Notes: generated by a model from the sequence alone, not told the origin. A stretch of 63,633 bases of DNA, filler included, from Neolecta irregularis DAH-3 (GCA_001929475.1; 18 parts of 18 records of this genome joined end to end with filler, not necessarily neighbours in it); one strand, 5' to 3'. Positions 51,216-62,882 are shown, counted from the whole stretch's first letter. Numbers and translations: made by a program.

Positions 51216-51962
51216 AAACTCTTCCTGTGTTGGAGGCAATTGCTGGTAATTTTGGTGGTTTTCCTCAGATTCACTGAATTAGTGTTGACTGTGGGATTCT
51301 GTATGTGGCCATGGTGGCTTTAGTGAGGTAAATTGCTATATGGATTATGCCCAAGCATACTTCCACCTTTTATTACAGAATTAGGCACAGTACCAGCAGC
51401 AGATGAGTGGATTGACAAGATGGGCAGGCAGGTAGGAGTGAGGGACAGGTGGGTAGGAGTGAGGGATAGGCAGGCAGGCTGGAGTGAGGGACAGGCACAA
51501 TGGATGGGAACAATTGCACTGGCAGGAGGGAGGGACAGGTGGGCAGGAGGGAGGGACAAGTGGGTGGGAGGTAGGGGCAGGCATGATAGAGGGGAACAGG
51601 TGAGTGTGTGGGAGGGAGGGAAAGGTGCATGGGAAGGAAGTAAAGATATGTAGAATGGTGGGAGGGACAGGCAAATGGGAGGGCAGGAGAAATAGGTGCA
51701 TAGTGGGAAGGAGGGAAAGGTGTGCAAGAGGGTGGGAGGGTGGTTGGGAAAGGTGTACAAGAGGGTGGGAGGGTGGTTGGGACAAGAGGGCAGGATGGCA
51801 GGAGGGCAGGAGGGCAGGAGGGCAGGAGGGCAGGAGGGCAGGAGGGCAGGAGGGCAGGAGGGNNNNNNNNNNNNNNNNNNNNNNNNNNNNNNNNNNNNNN
51901 NNNNNNTTAATTAATTAANNNNNNNNNNNNNNNNNNNNNNNNNNNNNNNNNNNNNNNNNNNN

Positions 51963-52010
51963 TGCAGATCAGACGGGATGCAGTGCGTTGCCGGAGATAT
52001 GAACGCATCT
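51963..52010 (-). rRNA. 5S rRNA gene, 5' part (contig-truncated)
   Basis: Exact reverse complement of 53225-53272. Confidence 0.75.
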
Positions 52011-52562
52011 GAAAGAATCTATTGTTAGCTATATATCAATATAAAAATTCTGATGATTTCATTGATCACCGCCAGCGACGCAGCAGCGACAGCAGGCGTA
52101 GTGCGGTTTGTGTGCGTGCGGGGCCAGCAGCGTCTGCAGCTTGGCAGCGAGGGCGTCGTAGTCGGCCTTGCAGTTATTATCTCCTTGCCGCAATCTGGCC
52201 GCAACCTTGCCGCACGCCCGTGATCTCCATATCAACTCCCTCCCCTCCTCCCGCTACCAGCCCAGATCCATCTCAGTTCGTTGTGACCATTATCCCATTA
52301 TCCAACCAGCACAACTACGAAGCTCTCCCTGATTATTTCCCGCATTACGCACTTTCAAGAATGAGAAATGCCTACAAATCAACTTCGGCGTCCTGAACCC
52401 TGTCTCAGTTGGGTCATTGTGGCGCGGAAACGGAAGCTATTGACACTTTTCTTTCTCTATCAGTCGTTGCAATTGATGTGGCTGCATCCTGTGGTGCAAA
52501 AATGAGACAGAAAGCCTAATGATTCCAACATACCAGAAAATGGGACAGGAGAAGACTAGCAG

Positions 52563-52680
52563 TACAGTCAAACCTGGCTATAAGGAACCTCCGTATAACT
52601 AATTCCCCCTTATAACGAATCCAACTCTGCCAAAATTAATTTGTATGGGGTTTAACGAATTTAAACCTTACTACGAAGTT
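52563..52680 (+). mobile_element. Possible pogo/Tigger-like TIR end
   Basis: TA + CAGTCAAACCTGGCTATAAGGAAC with repeated ataacgaa-like motifs; aacctccgtataactaatt recurs at about 53116. Confidence 0.35.
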
Positions 52681-53224
52681 TGCTAGATTAATGCAAAATA
52701 GTTATAAAAGAAATCAATGAAACTCTGTTCCACGACAAACATTCATTTTCTCAATCGACTCATAATAAGGATTCCCAGTCAACCTCTCCACCTCACAGTT
52801 CTTCACGGGGCTCGTGACATCACAATGGACAAACCCTTTTGAGTGTAGATTGCGATACACACTCTCAAACTTGGCGATCTCTTGATACACCAAATTTCTC
52901 CTCGCTTCAAACCAATAAATGCATTAAAGGATGAAAAAAGACTCAAGATAAGGTTTGACACCACCTCGCAACTAATGCTATGCTCGCAAATGCGCTGCTT
53001 CACGGGCTGCCCAAGGCGGGAGAAACGAGTTGTAGAAACGTTTTATTTAACCGGTCCTTGCCACGCCACCGGTCCTCGCAAACTCGTCCGCGCCGTCCGG
53101 CAACAGGACCGTCCTAACCTCCGTATAACTAATTAACGGGGTTTTTGGAGTTATGCGATAATTTCACTATTTCTGATGAGATCGGAAATATTATATTGAT
53201 ATATAACTAACACTACATCATTTC

Positions 53225-53286
53225 AGATGCGTTCATATCTCCGGCAACGCACTGCATCCCGTCTGATCTGCAAAGTTAAGCCCGGA
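53225..53286 (+). rRNA. 5S rRNA gene, 5' half (contig-truncated)
   Basis: AGATGCGTTCATATC...CATCCCGTCTGATCTGCAAAGTTAAGC matches eukaryotic 5S loop C and box A (CCCGTCCGATC..AGTTAAGC). Confidence 0.8.
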
Positions 53287-54294
53287 NNNNNNNNNNNNNN
53301 NNNNNNNNNNNNNNNNNNNNNNNNNNNNNNTTAATTAATTAANNNNNNNNNNNNNNNNNNNNNNNNNNNNNNNNNNNNNNNNNNNNGGCATGGGAGTGAG
53401 AGGAAGTGAGTGGGCGAGGTGGGCAAGGATGCGCAGGTATTCTGCAAAGCAGCTCTGGTGCAGAGTTCGAGGGGAGGGTTAGGGTTAAAATGTCTCATTA
53501 AAAGTCCTAAACAGTCAAGTCTATCAAGTCCAAATAAGCAAGTCTAAATTTTGGACTTGCGTACTTGCTTATTTTTGTTTTCCAGACTTGCTTGCTTACT
53601 TGCTTATAAACAAGTAAGCAAGCAAGTCTGACTTGAACGACTTACTTGTTAGTCTGGATATTCCCACTAGATTCCTCTAAAGTCTACCCTTTAAATAGTA
53701 ACAAAAGATTCTCAAATATGTAAATAATCCTTGTCGGTGGTACTACTTTGGATACAAGACTATTATTTCTTGCTTAAATCTTCAATTCCCATCTTGATAT
53801 CGGACATACGAGCAATTCATCGCCTTAACACTGGTAGTTTCTGCTAGTTCATCAATAGTTTACAACATATGACTTGAATTCTTTCAAAATCCCACTAGAT
53901 TCTAATTTGATGATATCAATGCTCTTAAGTCTACCCTTTCAATAATATCAATATCACAAATATGTGAATAACCCATTAGGCACAAACGTATTCTGCCGAA
54001 ATCTTTTTCACATACCACAATTAATAACTTTTGTTTAAAGAAATAGACAGCGTGGTCAAGGGGGTGTTTGACGAGTCTGCTTGAATTCCATATGGCCAGA
54101 CAATGTCGACAAACAAGAACTCGATAATCACAAATGATGAGAGTGTCTGTGCTATCTTTAGTAGATCTTATGACACTAGGAAATCGAATGTCCCACAAAA
54201 ACAGCCTCAGACGGAGCTAATTTGAAAACTATAATCATTCGATACTAATTTTAAGGAGATACCTAAGGGGTTTATCTTATCAATAGAGCAAAGG

Positions 54295-54460
54295 TGTAAG
54301 ATAATATTACGGCTATTAAAGGCCGGGTATAAACTCGGGGTATATAGTGATATCTGGCCTAAGCTACAACATTTAAGCTAGGTACGTCCCTGTATAAATT
54401 ACAACACTTAGGCTAGAATATAACCTAGTTTTATTTGTAACTTGAGGCGCTAAGCTTACA
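54295..54460 (+). mobile_element. Short solo LTR, family C
   Basis: TGTAAG...CTTACA ends; shares the agaatataacctagt motif with 26685-26856 and 36267-36377. No TSD. Confidence 0.5.
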
Positions 54461-54983
54461 GTAATTCAAAGGCGTTGGATAGGCTCAGCGTCCGACACAG
54501 AGGATAGTTGAATTCTTCCTACCGTCCCGGTTAAAGCAGTGCTCCAAATACCCCACCCCACCGCCAGGGGTATGGGGTGGGGCGGATAAAGTACGATGTG
54601 GGGGAATCGGATTTTCGTACTCTGAGCCCTAGGTTGAAGATAGGTTGAAGAAACGCTTGAAGTTTTGATCATGGCTTGAAACTCTGAAAGACATCAAAAG
54701 GTAGTTTTTAAGGATCCTGTTCCAAAGACAGTACAACTTGTGTTTTCAACATTTAGAACTATACAAATCAAAACTATCTAGTTTAGCAAATATGAATAGG
54801 TCTTGGACATGGGTCAAGATAAAGCAAAAACAACGACCAAAATATCACGTCATTGTTTGCAGATACAGTTCTTAGTAACGGACCAAAGTCTTTCCGAAGT
54901 TCTTAGTTGAATTGGACCCTAGACGTTGAGCAGTTTATAAAGACCTTTTCGCCACTTTTCTCGACACCTTCGCAAGTTCAAGC

Positions 54984-55496
54984 ATGATGTTCTTTATCGT
55001 TCTCGCTGCCTTCGCCTTTGTCGCTTTTGCACAAACCACTTTCAACCTCCGGGCGACTGACGTCAATACTGGGAATACATCCCCCCTCGCTTTCTACTAT
55101 GAACAGCATGACGATACCCACGACGTCCAAGGTTTAATCTCAACCGGTCAATCCTCGGATCCTGAGATTCAATTTGCTACCGCGAACGGTGTTCTTACGA
55201 CTTCAGGCACAACTCCCATCTTGCAAGCTTTCTTTGCCAGTGTGGATGGTTCGGGCCCCGGCCAATACCTAAATTCGGGCCTTTTCCAGATCCTTTTTAC
55301 GCAAGCAGATCCGAACAGCAATTCGACACCTACGACGGATTCTTTCTCAGTTGTTGGCGGGAATGTCTTGGGGTATAAGCAGACTACAACATTCGTATTG
55401 ATCAGTGATGTTATTTACTACCGAGAAGAAGGCAATTGTCCCGCTAATGTACCTAATTGCAGTCTTGTTCACCTTGAAGTCATTAGTTGTGAATAA
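54984..55496 (+). CDS. Intronless secreted protein, 170 aa
   Basis: Signal peptide MMFFIVLAAFAFVAFAQ; TATAAA at about 54936; three C-terminal Cys. Confidence 0.75.
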   Translation: MMFFIVLAAFAFVAFAQTTFNLRATDVNTGNTSPLAFYYEQHDDTHDVQGLISTGQSSDPEIQFATANGVLTTSGTTPILQAFFASVDGSGPGQYLNSGLFQILFTQADPNSNSTPTTDSFSVVGGNVLGYKQTTTFVLISDVIYYREEGNCPANVPNCSLVHLEVISCE

Positions 55497-56581
55497 CTGT
55501 TAAGCAGAGTAGATAAACTTATGAAGTAATAATAATCGGCATTTGTATGATAAATGTGATCTATCCTGTTCTTCCTTATGATCACCCTCTGTTAAAATGT
55601 TTTGTCATGTGGGATCAAAGTTGGGTGTTGTTTTATTTTAGATAGGAAGAATATCTATGTTTAATTAACCTTGATTATTACAGACAGAGGGAATTTCAAG
55701 CATTGCCATTTATTCAATCTTGATGCAACGGCCTGGAGAGAGGTTCATGCGGACGAGTCGTACGAGACCCATTATTCACAACCTTTTCAAGTATTAATCA
55801 CCGTTTACCGTGGGACCTCACTCCTCCTACAATCTCGCCCCTTTCCTTTCACCTACCTTTCACCCTCTGAAACAGGCGACTCTGGAAGTCACTGGCTATT
55901 TGATTCCTCTTCTTGCAGCCTAAATCCCTGGTAATCGTCCTCCGCTTTCTCTCGGCTGCCTTCTCCGTGCTCAAATTCAACACATTCGCCAGACATCAAG
56001 GTCACCCTTTCTACCTTTCTCTTTTATATAGTTTCTCTCTAATAGTTTGTTCTTTTTCTAGGTAGCTCGCGTTCTCCCCAGGAAAAACGGGATGAATGGT
56101 TATCTCTTTTCTTTAAACAGTCGTTTCCCCTAACTGAAATGCAATCTTTTATTTTCTTTTTTATCTCGCCATCTCATATTATTTAATCCCTCAACACACT
56201 CTCCTATCACCCAAATTATTGCCTCTTACCCGAAGCAAAGCTATCCAAATATTCCCTCGAACCTTCCCGACTTACAACTTGCGTGTTTCAAGCAGTAGAT
56301 GGAATCTGCAGTTGGCTCTTTGTGGAACCGAAGGTGGCTGGCATCTGAGAGCTTCGGTCATGGACAGACTTGCTAACAAGTAAGTCGTTCAAGTCAGACT
56401 TGCTTGCTTACTTGTTTATAAGCAAGTAANNNNNNNNNNNNNNNNNNNNNNNNNNNNNNNNNNNNNNNNNNNNTTAATTAATTAANNNNNNNNNNNNNNN
56501 NNNNNNNNNNNNNNNNNNNNNNNNNNNNNCGCACCAGCCCGCAGGTATAAAGACGTGGCGGCCAGGGGCTGCCGCTCCCCC

Positions 56582-57098
56582 ATGCGCGCCGCAGTGCTGC
56601 TTGCCCTCGCCGGCTGCGTCCTCGCCGACACCCCCGCCTGCGTCATCACCTGCGTCAACAAGGAATCCTCCTGCAACATCAGCGACACAAAGTGCCTCTG
56701 CACCGTCGTCGGCTCCGACGTGCTGCTGTGTCTCGGCCAGACGTGCCCCACAGGCCCCGGCACGCAAAGCTTCAAGAGCACCTGCGAAAGCTTTGGCTAC
56801 ACCGTCGGCGGCTCCAGTACGCTCCCGTGTCCCCCGTTGCTGATCCGTGTCCAGGTGCTAAAGACTCGGCCGCATCAAAAGACGCGTCCTCCACAAAAGA
56901 CGCGTCCTCCACAAGTGCGCCCCCGTCGTCCGCAACAAACCCCTCAAAGACTACGTCTGCTTCTGCCTCGTACTCCCCTTTTGCTTCTCTGCTCACCCCA
57001 GCGGTCAATCCGCTGCCGGCTCCCCTAAAAGTGTCGCTGCCCTCTCTTCTGCACACTTGCTCCTAGCCTTTTGGAGTCTGCTGGTCATTCTCGTCTAG
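56582..57098 (+). CDS. CFEM-domain GPI-anchored protein (2 introns)
   Basis: Signal peptide; 8-Cys PACVITC..C..DTKCLC..C..C..C pattern with the conserved Asp; S/T linker; hydrophobic tail LLLAFWSLLVILV*. Confidence 0.85.
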
Positions 57099-57164
57099 TC
57101 CCTAATCTGATTCCAATATAATACATCTTCCTTGATCCTATGTCTACTCGTGATTCTATCTTGA

Positions 57165-57773
57165 TCACCGAACCCTCCCCCCCCTTGGAAACTCCCTACT
57201 CTCTTCCGTCGCCCACCTTGCAACCATCCCAGAGTACTCCTTTGCTCTCGCCATCAGCTCGGCTTTCCCCCCTGTCCGATACTTGGTCACCTTGCTCACA
57301 TTATGCATAGTCACCGCTGACGCCTCCTCCCCCTTATTGTTCGCCCGCGCTATAGCCATCGCCGTCATCGTGTACAACATATCCCGAGGCCCGTCCACAA
57401 GCTCAAGAATAGCCTGAGGCGCATTGTCCCCATACCGGGGCGGCAGCCGAAGCACCCGCGTATACCCCCCGGGTCGCTCCCGGTACCGCTCCGCAAGCTC
57501 CCCAAACACCTTGGGCAACGTCCGCCCATGATCCTGCAATCAGCAATCTTCCGGCACATCTCCTACAAATAACTTGGCCATCGCTCCGCCCCTGTTTGAT
57601 CCCTTCTTCCCCAGTGTAATCACCTTTTCGGCAACACTCTGCGCTTCCTTGGCTTTAGGCCACGTCGTAATAATAGACTCGTGCAGAAACAGTGAAGAAA
57701 CAAGGTTCCTCAACAATGCTGACCGAGCCCCCATAGTCCTGCCCAGTCTCCTCGCATCTGGTTTGATTGGCAT
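57165..57773 (-). CDS. MRPL8: Mitochondrial ribosomal protein bL17m (1 intron)
   Basis: [60 protein letters not shown]. Confidence 0.92.
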
Positions 57774-57844
57774 GTCAAGGCGAATCCGAAAAACGACCAA
57801 AAACGACCGAAACCGACCGAAACCGACCGAAACCTTCCACCAAT

Positions 57845-58015
57845 ATCCATATCCTCCATATCCTCCATATCCTTCTATCCTTCTATCCTCCATATCCTTC
57901 TATCCTTCTATCCTTCTATCCTTCTATCCTTCTATCCTTCTATCCTTCTATCCTTCTATCCTTCTATCCTCCATATCCTTCATATCTCCATATCTCCATA
58001 TCCTCCATATCCATA
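57845..58015 (+). repeat. (TATCCTTC)n / (CATATCCTC)n minisatellite upstream of MRPL8
   Basis: Directly visible tandem 8-9-mers. Confidence 0.9.
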
Positions 58016-58746
58016 TTATTCTATTTGAGGCTGAATCTTAATATGATGTCCTGGTCCGAGGGAGATCACGACGAAGAGCCCTCTGATCCTTTTATCCAAC
58101 CCGACCAACCACCACTGCCCACCAAAGCACCCTCCAGACGGGCCGTTCAGACCTATTCGGCGGACGGTTGGACACATTAATTATCTAAAACATCTCACTA
58201 TCTACATCAGTCTATGTTTAGGCGTTTTACTATTCAATATTTGAAACATTTAAGGAGCAATGAGAATGAATATAATTCCTTTGTGCTAATTAGAACTGAG
58301 TTCTACTGCGTAGGTGTTTCATATATTGTTCAAGATGAACGAACGGTTTGTGCCGATGCTTAGCCATGATGGAACTTGAAATTTCTACCAATGCAGAAAG
58401 ATAAGGAAACAGGGGTGTTTTAGCGTTTCACCCTCTTTTAGAGGATGTCCTATCGCCATGCCGGGAAACCTGATAGCCAACAGGTAGTATCATGGCATCT
58501 GATTCCAAGGATCCCAAGGGTTATCTTAGGTATGATAGTAGTTTCTTATTCTCGGAGAATAAATCAGAGTCATGTAACTGAAACTTGTGTTTTCCTGGCG
58601 TGATTTAAAATATCGACGGGACCGTTTGGATGGTTTCACGATCTAGGTGGAGAATAGATCAAAATATAAAGGCACTTGTGCTCGCTCGGGAATATCAGAA
58701 AATCTACTTTCGAGCTTTCAGCTTAATATTCTCGATAATCTTCCTC

Positions 58747-59144
58747 ATGAACTGTCTTTACACAGTCTTTACATTCATCGTCTTGTGGAGTCCCTTGGGA
58801 TTTGCGATGCCTCTGAATGTCAATGATGCAATTCTGGAGCGGGCCGTCTGGAATGGGAATGGTAATGAATCAAGTGACAACTCGGCAGGGAATCATTTGC
58901 ATCGACGGTGGTGGGGTAAATATAAGATTATGTAATGATCTAATGGCTCCTAGGTTCCGGTTTTTTCAGCTGGGCATCACTGAGCTCAAAGTCTGTAGTG
59001 AGAAATGTGCTACTACCACGTTGTCTTGGGCTGAATTTTAGTCTTGACGATAGAGTCTTATCCATATCATGGAACGTGGTTAATTTTCGAATACCATGGC
59101 ATTTTTGGGCTTTGGAGGAAAGTAATGTGGCAGTACTTGATTAG
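58747..59144 (+). CDS. Small secreted prepro-peptide with a dibasic site
   Basis: TATAAA at about 58665; signal peptide; LHRR|WWG followed by a GT-AG intron with a ctaat branch; Trp/Phe-rich continuation. Confidence 0.5.
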
Positions 59145-59326
59145 GCTTGTTTGAAACAACCATAATATTTCGTTCTAATAAAATATCGATTTATCTTGAT
59201 ATATGTACCTCCTTTTGTTGTAAGCTCGATCTAACCCCGAATTCTACACTGTACATGTAGGAGCATGGGTGTATCCTTACCAATATGACAAGGAGGCTGG
59301 AATAATCTTACAGTTATGTATGAGAT

Positions 59327-59510
59327 TGTAAGTGTTTGAGCTCGAGTACAATAAGATCAGGTCATATTTCCTTAATCTAAGCTTTTAGGCGTGTGAGCTT
59401 AGACTAAGATGTTCCTTATATACATGTCTATCTAATGTCCCTTATTTCTTATCCCGCCACCTACTGTATTGGTATGGTATACCCAGGTAATATCCGGGTA
59501 TACCCTTACA
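59327..59510 (-). mobile_element. Short solo LTR, family C (184 bp)
   Basis: TGTAAG...CTTACA inverted ends; TSD GAGAT/GAGAG (4 of 5). Confidence 0.65.
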
Positions 59511-59963
59511 GAGAGCTGACGCACCTTCAGTATCAAATAAAGATTCTACCCATGTAGTAGTACACTCGTATCGCACAGCTGTCGATGATCGAGGCTAACT
59601 GCCTCCCTTGTCCGTTGCAAGTAAATCAAGGTCGTCCATAAATGCTTTAAACTCATTGAACGAGACCTTTTACGTATTGCATAACGAATCACTCAACGTA
59701 TATAACAGAATACAACACTTTAAACCTTGGAAATTATTGAAATTGTATATAGTTGATAATTGTCTCTTTAAAGCCAAAGGATTTGAGAATAGACTTTCTA
59801 TCTGCGCTGTATCGCCCAATAAACCATTTTTAACCTCACCCGAGTCATAAAATCACGCAATATGATGGACTCTCCATTTACAGATGACATGGAGAACGGG
59901 ATTTACTATATTCACCAAGAAATTGGTCTTATTATTGATACAAAGATTCTTGTCCCGTTACAA

Positions 59964-60973
59964 CTAATATTGAATGATAATATCAACTGTATTCAATTTG
60001 GGCTCAATTATATCCAACTTTGACTCGAGCCTTTTGAATGCATTTGATTGAAGTCTTGTCAGAGTCTCTCTGTGTGCATTAAAAAGGACAGCTGTCACAG
60101 CATCACGAGCCACTACCAGGTCGGTGATTCTGAAGACACTATCCAGAGTAGGGTGCTTTGAAAGGCGATTGAGTAGACTTACAACGAAGCTAATAACCCT
60201 TAGTTCTTTCTCTAGGTGATTGACATAACGGGGTCCTAAATTAATCAACCAAGGTACGAGATACTCATATTCAGGATGGAAACGATGCATTCCTTGTTTG
60301 AACATTTCCATGATATTTGTGCAATGCTCGTGAGATATCTCGAACGTTGAATAGATGATAGGAACATCGGGTTGGTGAGACCTAGCATGCTGATCTAGTA
60401 CTATAATGTAATGACCAGAGTCAACCGAGGAGATGAACAAGTGCAGGTTTTCTCCTTTGATGAATAGTAGCTTTTCAATTGGATCGTAAAGTGCGCTTAT
60501 GTCTGGACGAAATTTCCTGCTGAATAAAGCCAGAAAACTAAGAACTATGAAGTCCAAATCTTTTTGAAGATCATCTTTAGAAAACGGGGGGGCTGCCGCT
60601 GCCCAATATTTGAGAAGCCAGTTCATTTTGTGTTGAGAAAACTTTTCAAGTTCCCAAGGTGCTCTTTGAGATGCCAAAATATCGTCCCCAGAAAGCCATT
60701 TCTCAAAATTGAGTGCTCTCGGTTGTTTTTCATACATGGCAGCGTTGCAGACCGTAAGAAATGCCATGTTGGAATCCCATAACTTTGGCGGGTTTCTGGG
60801 GCCATTGAGATCATCTACCCAATATCGATCTAAAATCTTCTCAGCCCGCTCTTTTTCAGAAATGTTATCGGGAGAAAATCTCGCAATAATATCTTCAAAT
60901 TGGGATGTATGGATTCTAGATATCAAAAATATTCCACTTGTCACGTACTTGAATGCTGCCAAAGTTTTATTAT
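59964..60973 (-). CDS. Intronless hypothetical protein, 5' truncated
   Basis: Open frame of more than 330 codons running from the contig edge; no family recognised. Confidence 0.5.
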
Positions 60974-61073
60974 NNNNNNNNNNNNNNNNNNNNNNNNNNN
61001 NNNNNNNNNNNNNNNNNTTAATTAATTAANNNNNNNNNNNNNNNNNNNNNNNNNNNNNNNNNNNNNNNNNNNN

Positions 61074-62192
61074 ACTGACAAACCCTTGATAGTATCCAGC
61101 AAGGCCCAAGAACCCTTGGACCTCTTTGACGGTTTTCGGGGCTGGCCAGTCCTTAATTGCCGAAACCTTGGCTTCATGTACCTCAACTCCTTCTGCTGAT
61201 ATCGTGATACCAACCCATTCTATAGTCTGTTTCTCAAACTCTCATTTCTTGAGTTTTACAAAAAGCTGCCCACTCCTTAATCTTTCCAGAACATTATTTA
61301 AATCGATGGTATGCTGCTCTTTACTTGGTGAAAAAACTAATACATCGTCCATAAAGATATTGCAGCAGTAATCGAGTCCGTTCAATGCGTGGTTCATCAT
61401 TTGGATAAATGTCGCTGTAGCATTTCCAAGTCCAAATGGTAGTACTAACCATTCAAAATTACCAATAGGGGTCTTGAAGCCAGTCAAAGGTATAGAATTC
61501 GTCACGATTCTTTGCTGATAATATCCAGATGCCAAGTCGAGTTTCGAAAATCATCGTGCATTGCCGATGCAATCAATCATCTTGTCGATCCTTGGCATTG
61601 CTGTTGCATTCTTTTCCGTATTGCTGTTCAAATCGCGGTAATCAACACACATCCGTAAGTCACCAGATTTCTTCTTTGTAAACCTGCAGACTGCTCCATA
61701 CTGTGACGAACTTGGTCTGATAAATTTTCTCTCTACCAGATCTTTGATTTCTGTTCTCAACCATTTTTCTTCTAACACTGACAATCTAGGCATTGGCCAA
61801 TTTATTGGTCATCTCACCGGGTCAATGAGAAGGATTTCATGGTCTTCATCATGTTTCGGGGGAAATGGGAACTGTTCATTGAAGACGTCCTTATTCACAT
61901 GCAGTACACTCAGCATTTCTGGTGAAATAGAGGCCTGCTGTTCACTGGTATTTACCTTGCAAGTTCCTGATTAACTATTCCAGGTTTGCAGAACATGATC
62001 ACGGATTTTGCACCGATTTCGTAGATAGTAGATTTTCGGTTGATGCCGTTCATGCCATTTCTTGCCAAGTAGGACATCATACGTTCCTAAATTGGCAATA
62101 TCGAATGTAATTGGGAAGGTGAAGTACCCCTTGGATGATGGTATTGACATCAATAGTGACACCAATACTTGATCCTGGGCAGTTACTTCAGC
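61074..62192 (-). mobile_element. Ty3/gypsy pol fragment (protease end plus RT), inactivated
   Basis: YDVLLGKKW; IRPSSSQYGA..KKKSGDLRMCVDYRDLN; LPFGLGNATATF; FMDDVLVFS; in-frame TGA stops. Confidence 0.92.
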
Positions 62193-62299
62193 NNNNNNNN
62201 NNNNNNNNNNNNNNNNNNNNNNNNNNNNNNNNNNNNTTAATTAATTAANNNNNNNNNNNNNNNNNNNNNNNNNNNNNNNNNNNNNNNNNNNNATGACAG

Positions 62300-62882
62300 A
62301 AACTTCGCCATCAATGCAGATTTTATTGGGCGACGTGGTGTGTATAAGGATGTCTATGGCTCAAAAGTTGAACGAGAAGACTACCAACTAAGACCCAACT
62401 TTGCCATCGCAATGACTGTTGCTCCTGAACTCTTTACATCCTCGTATGCAATTGAAGCTATTGCCATTGCAGATAAAGTCATTCGAGGCCCGACCGGAAT
62501 TCGCACTTTGGATCCTGCTGATCTCGATTATAGACCATTTTACTTCAACGGCGATGACTCGAACGACTTTCACACGGCTCAAGGGCGAAATTACCATCAA
62601 GGTCCAGAGTGGCTCTGGTGCACTGGATTTTTCTTTCGTGCATTTTTGAAGTTTGTAGGCCCACATAAAGGTATGGAGCAAACAGTCCAATGGCTCTTTG
62701 AACGAATGAAGCCACACCGGGAAATGATCTGCAATTCTATGTGGCGGGGTCTGGCTGAATTAACTAATAAAGATAACCAGTTCTGCCCTGATTCTTGTCC
62801 AACACAAGCATGGAGTGCTGGTACCTTGTTGGATTTGATGGATGATATTCACAAGGTAAAAATAGAAAGCAATGGAAAATAG
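62300..62882 (+). CDS. GDB1: Glycogen debranching enzyme, C-terminal part
   Basis: DYQLRPNFAIAM, RTLDPAD, GRNYHQGPEW, GLAELTN, SCPTQAWS. Confidence 0.95.

Noticed and set aside
61074-62192. TGA read-through or recoding in the gypsy pol
   Set aside because: Multiple scattered stops and a degenerate YxDD (FMDD) are more simply explained by decay.
7256-62292. TTAATTAATTAA recurring 17 times inside N runs (regularly repeated, CRISPR-like or regulatory motif)
   Set aside because: Artificial all-frame-stop linker used to concatenate contigs; ORFs ending in X..LIN are artefacts.
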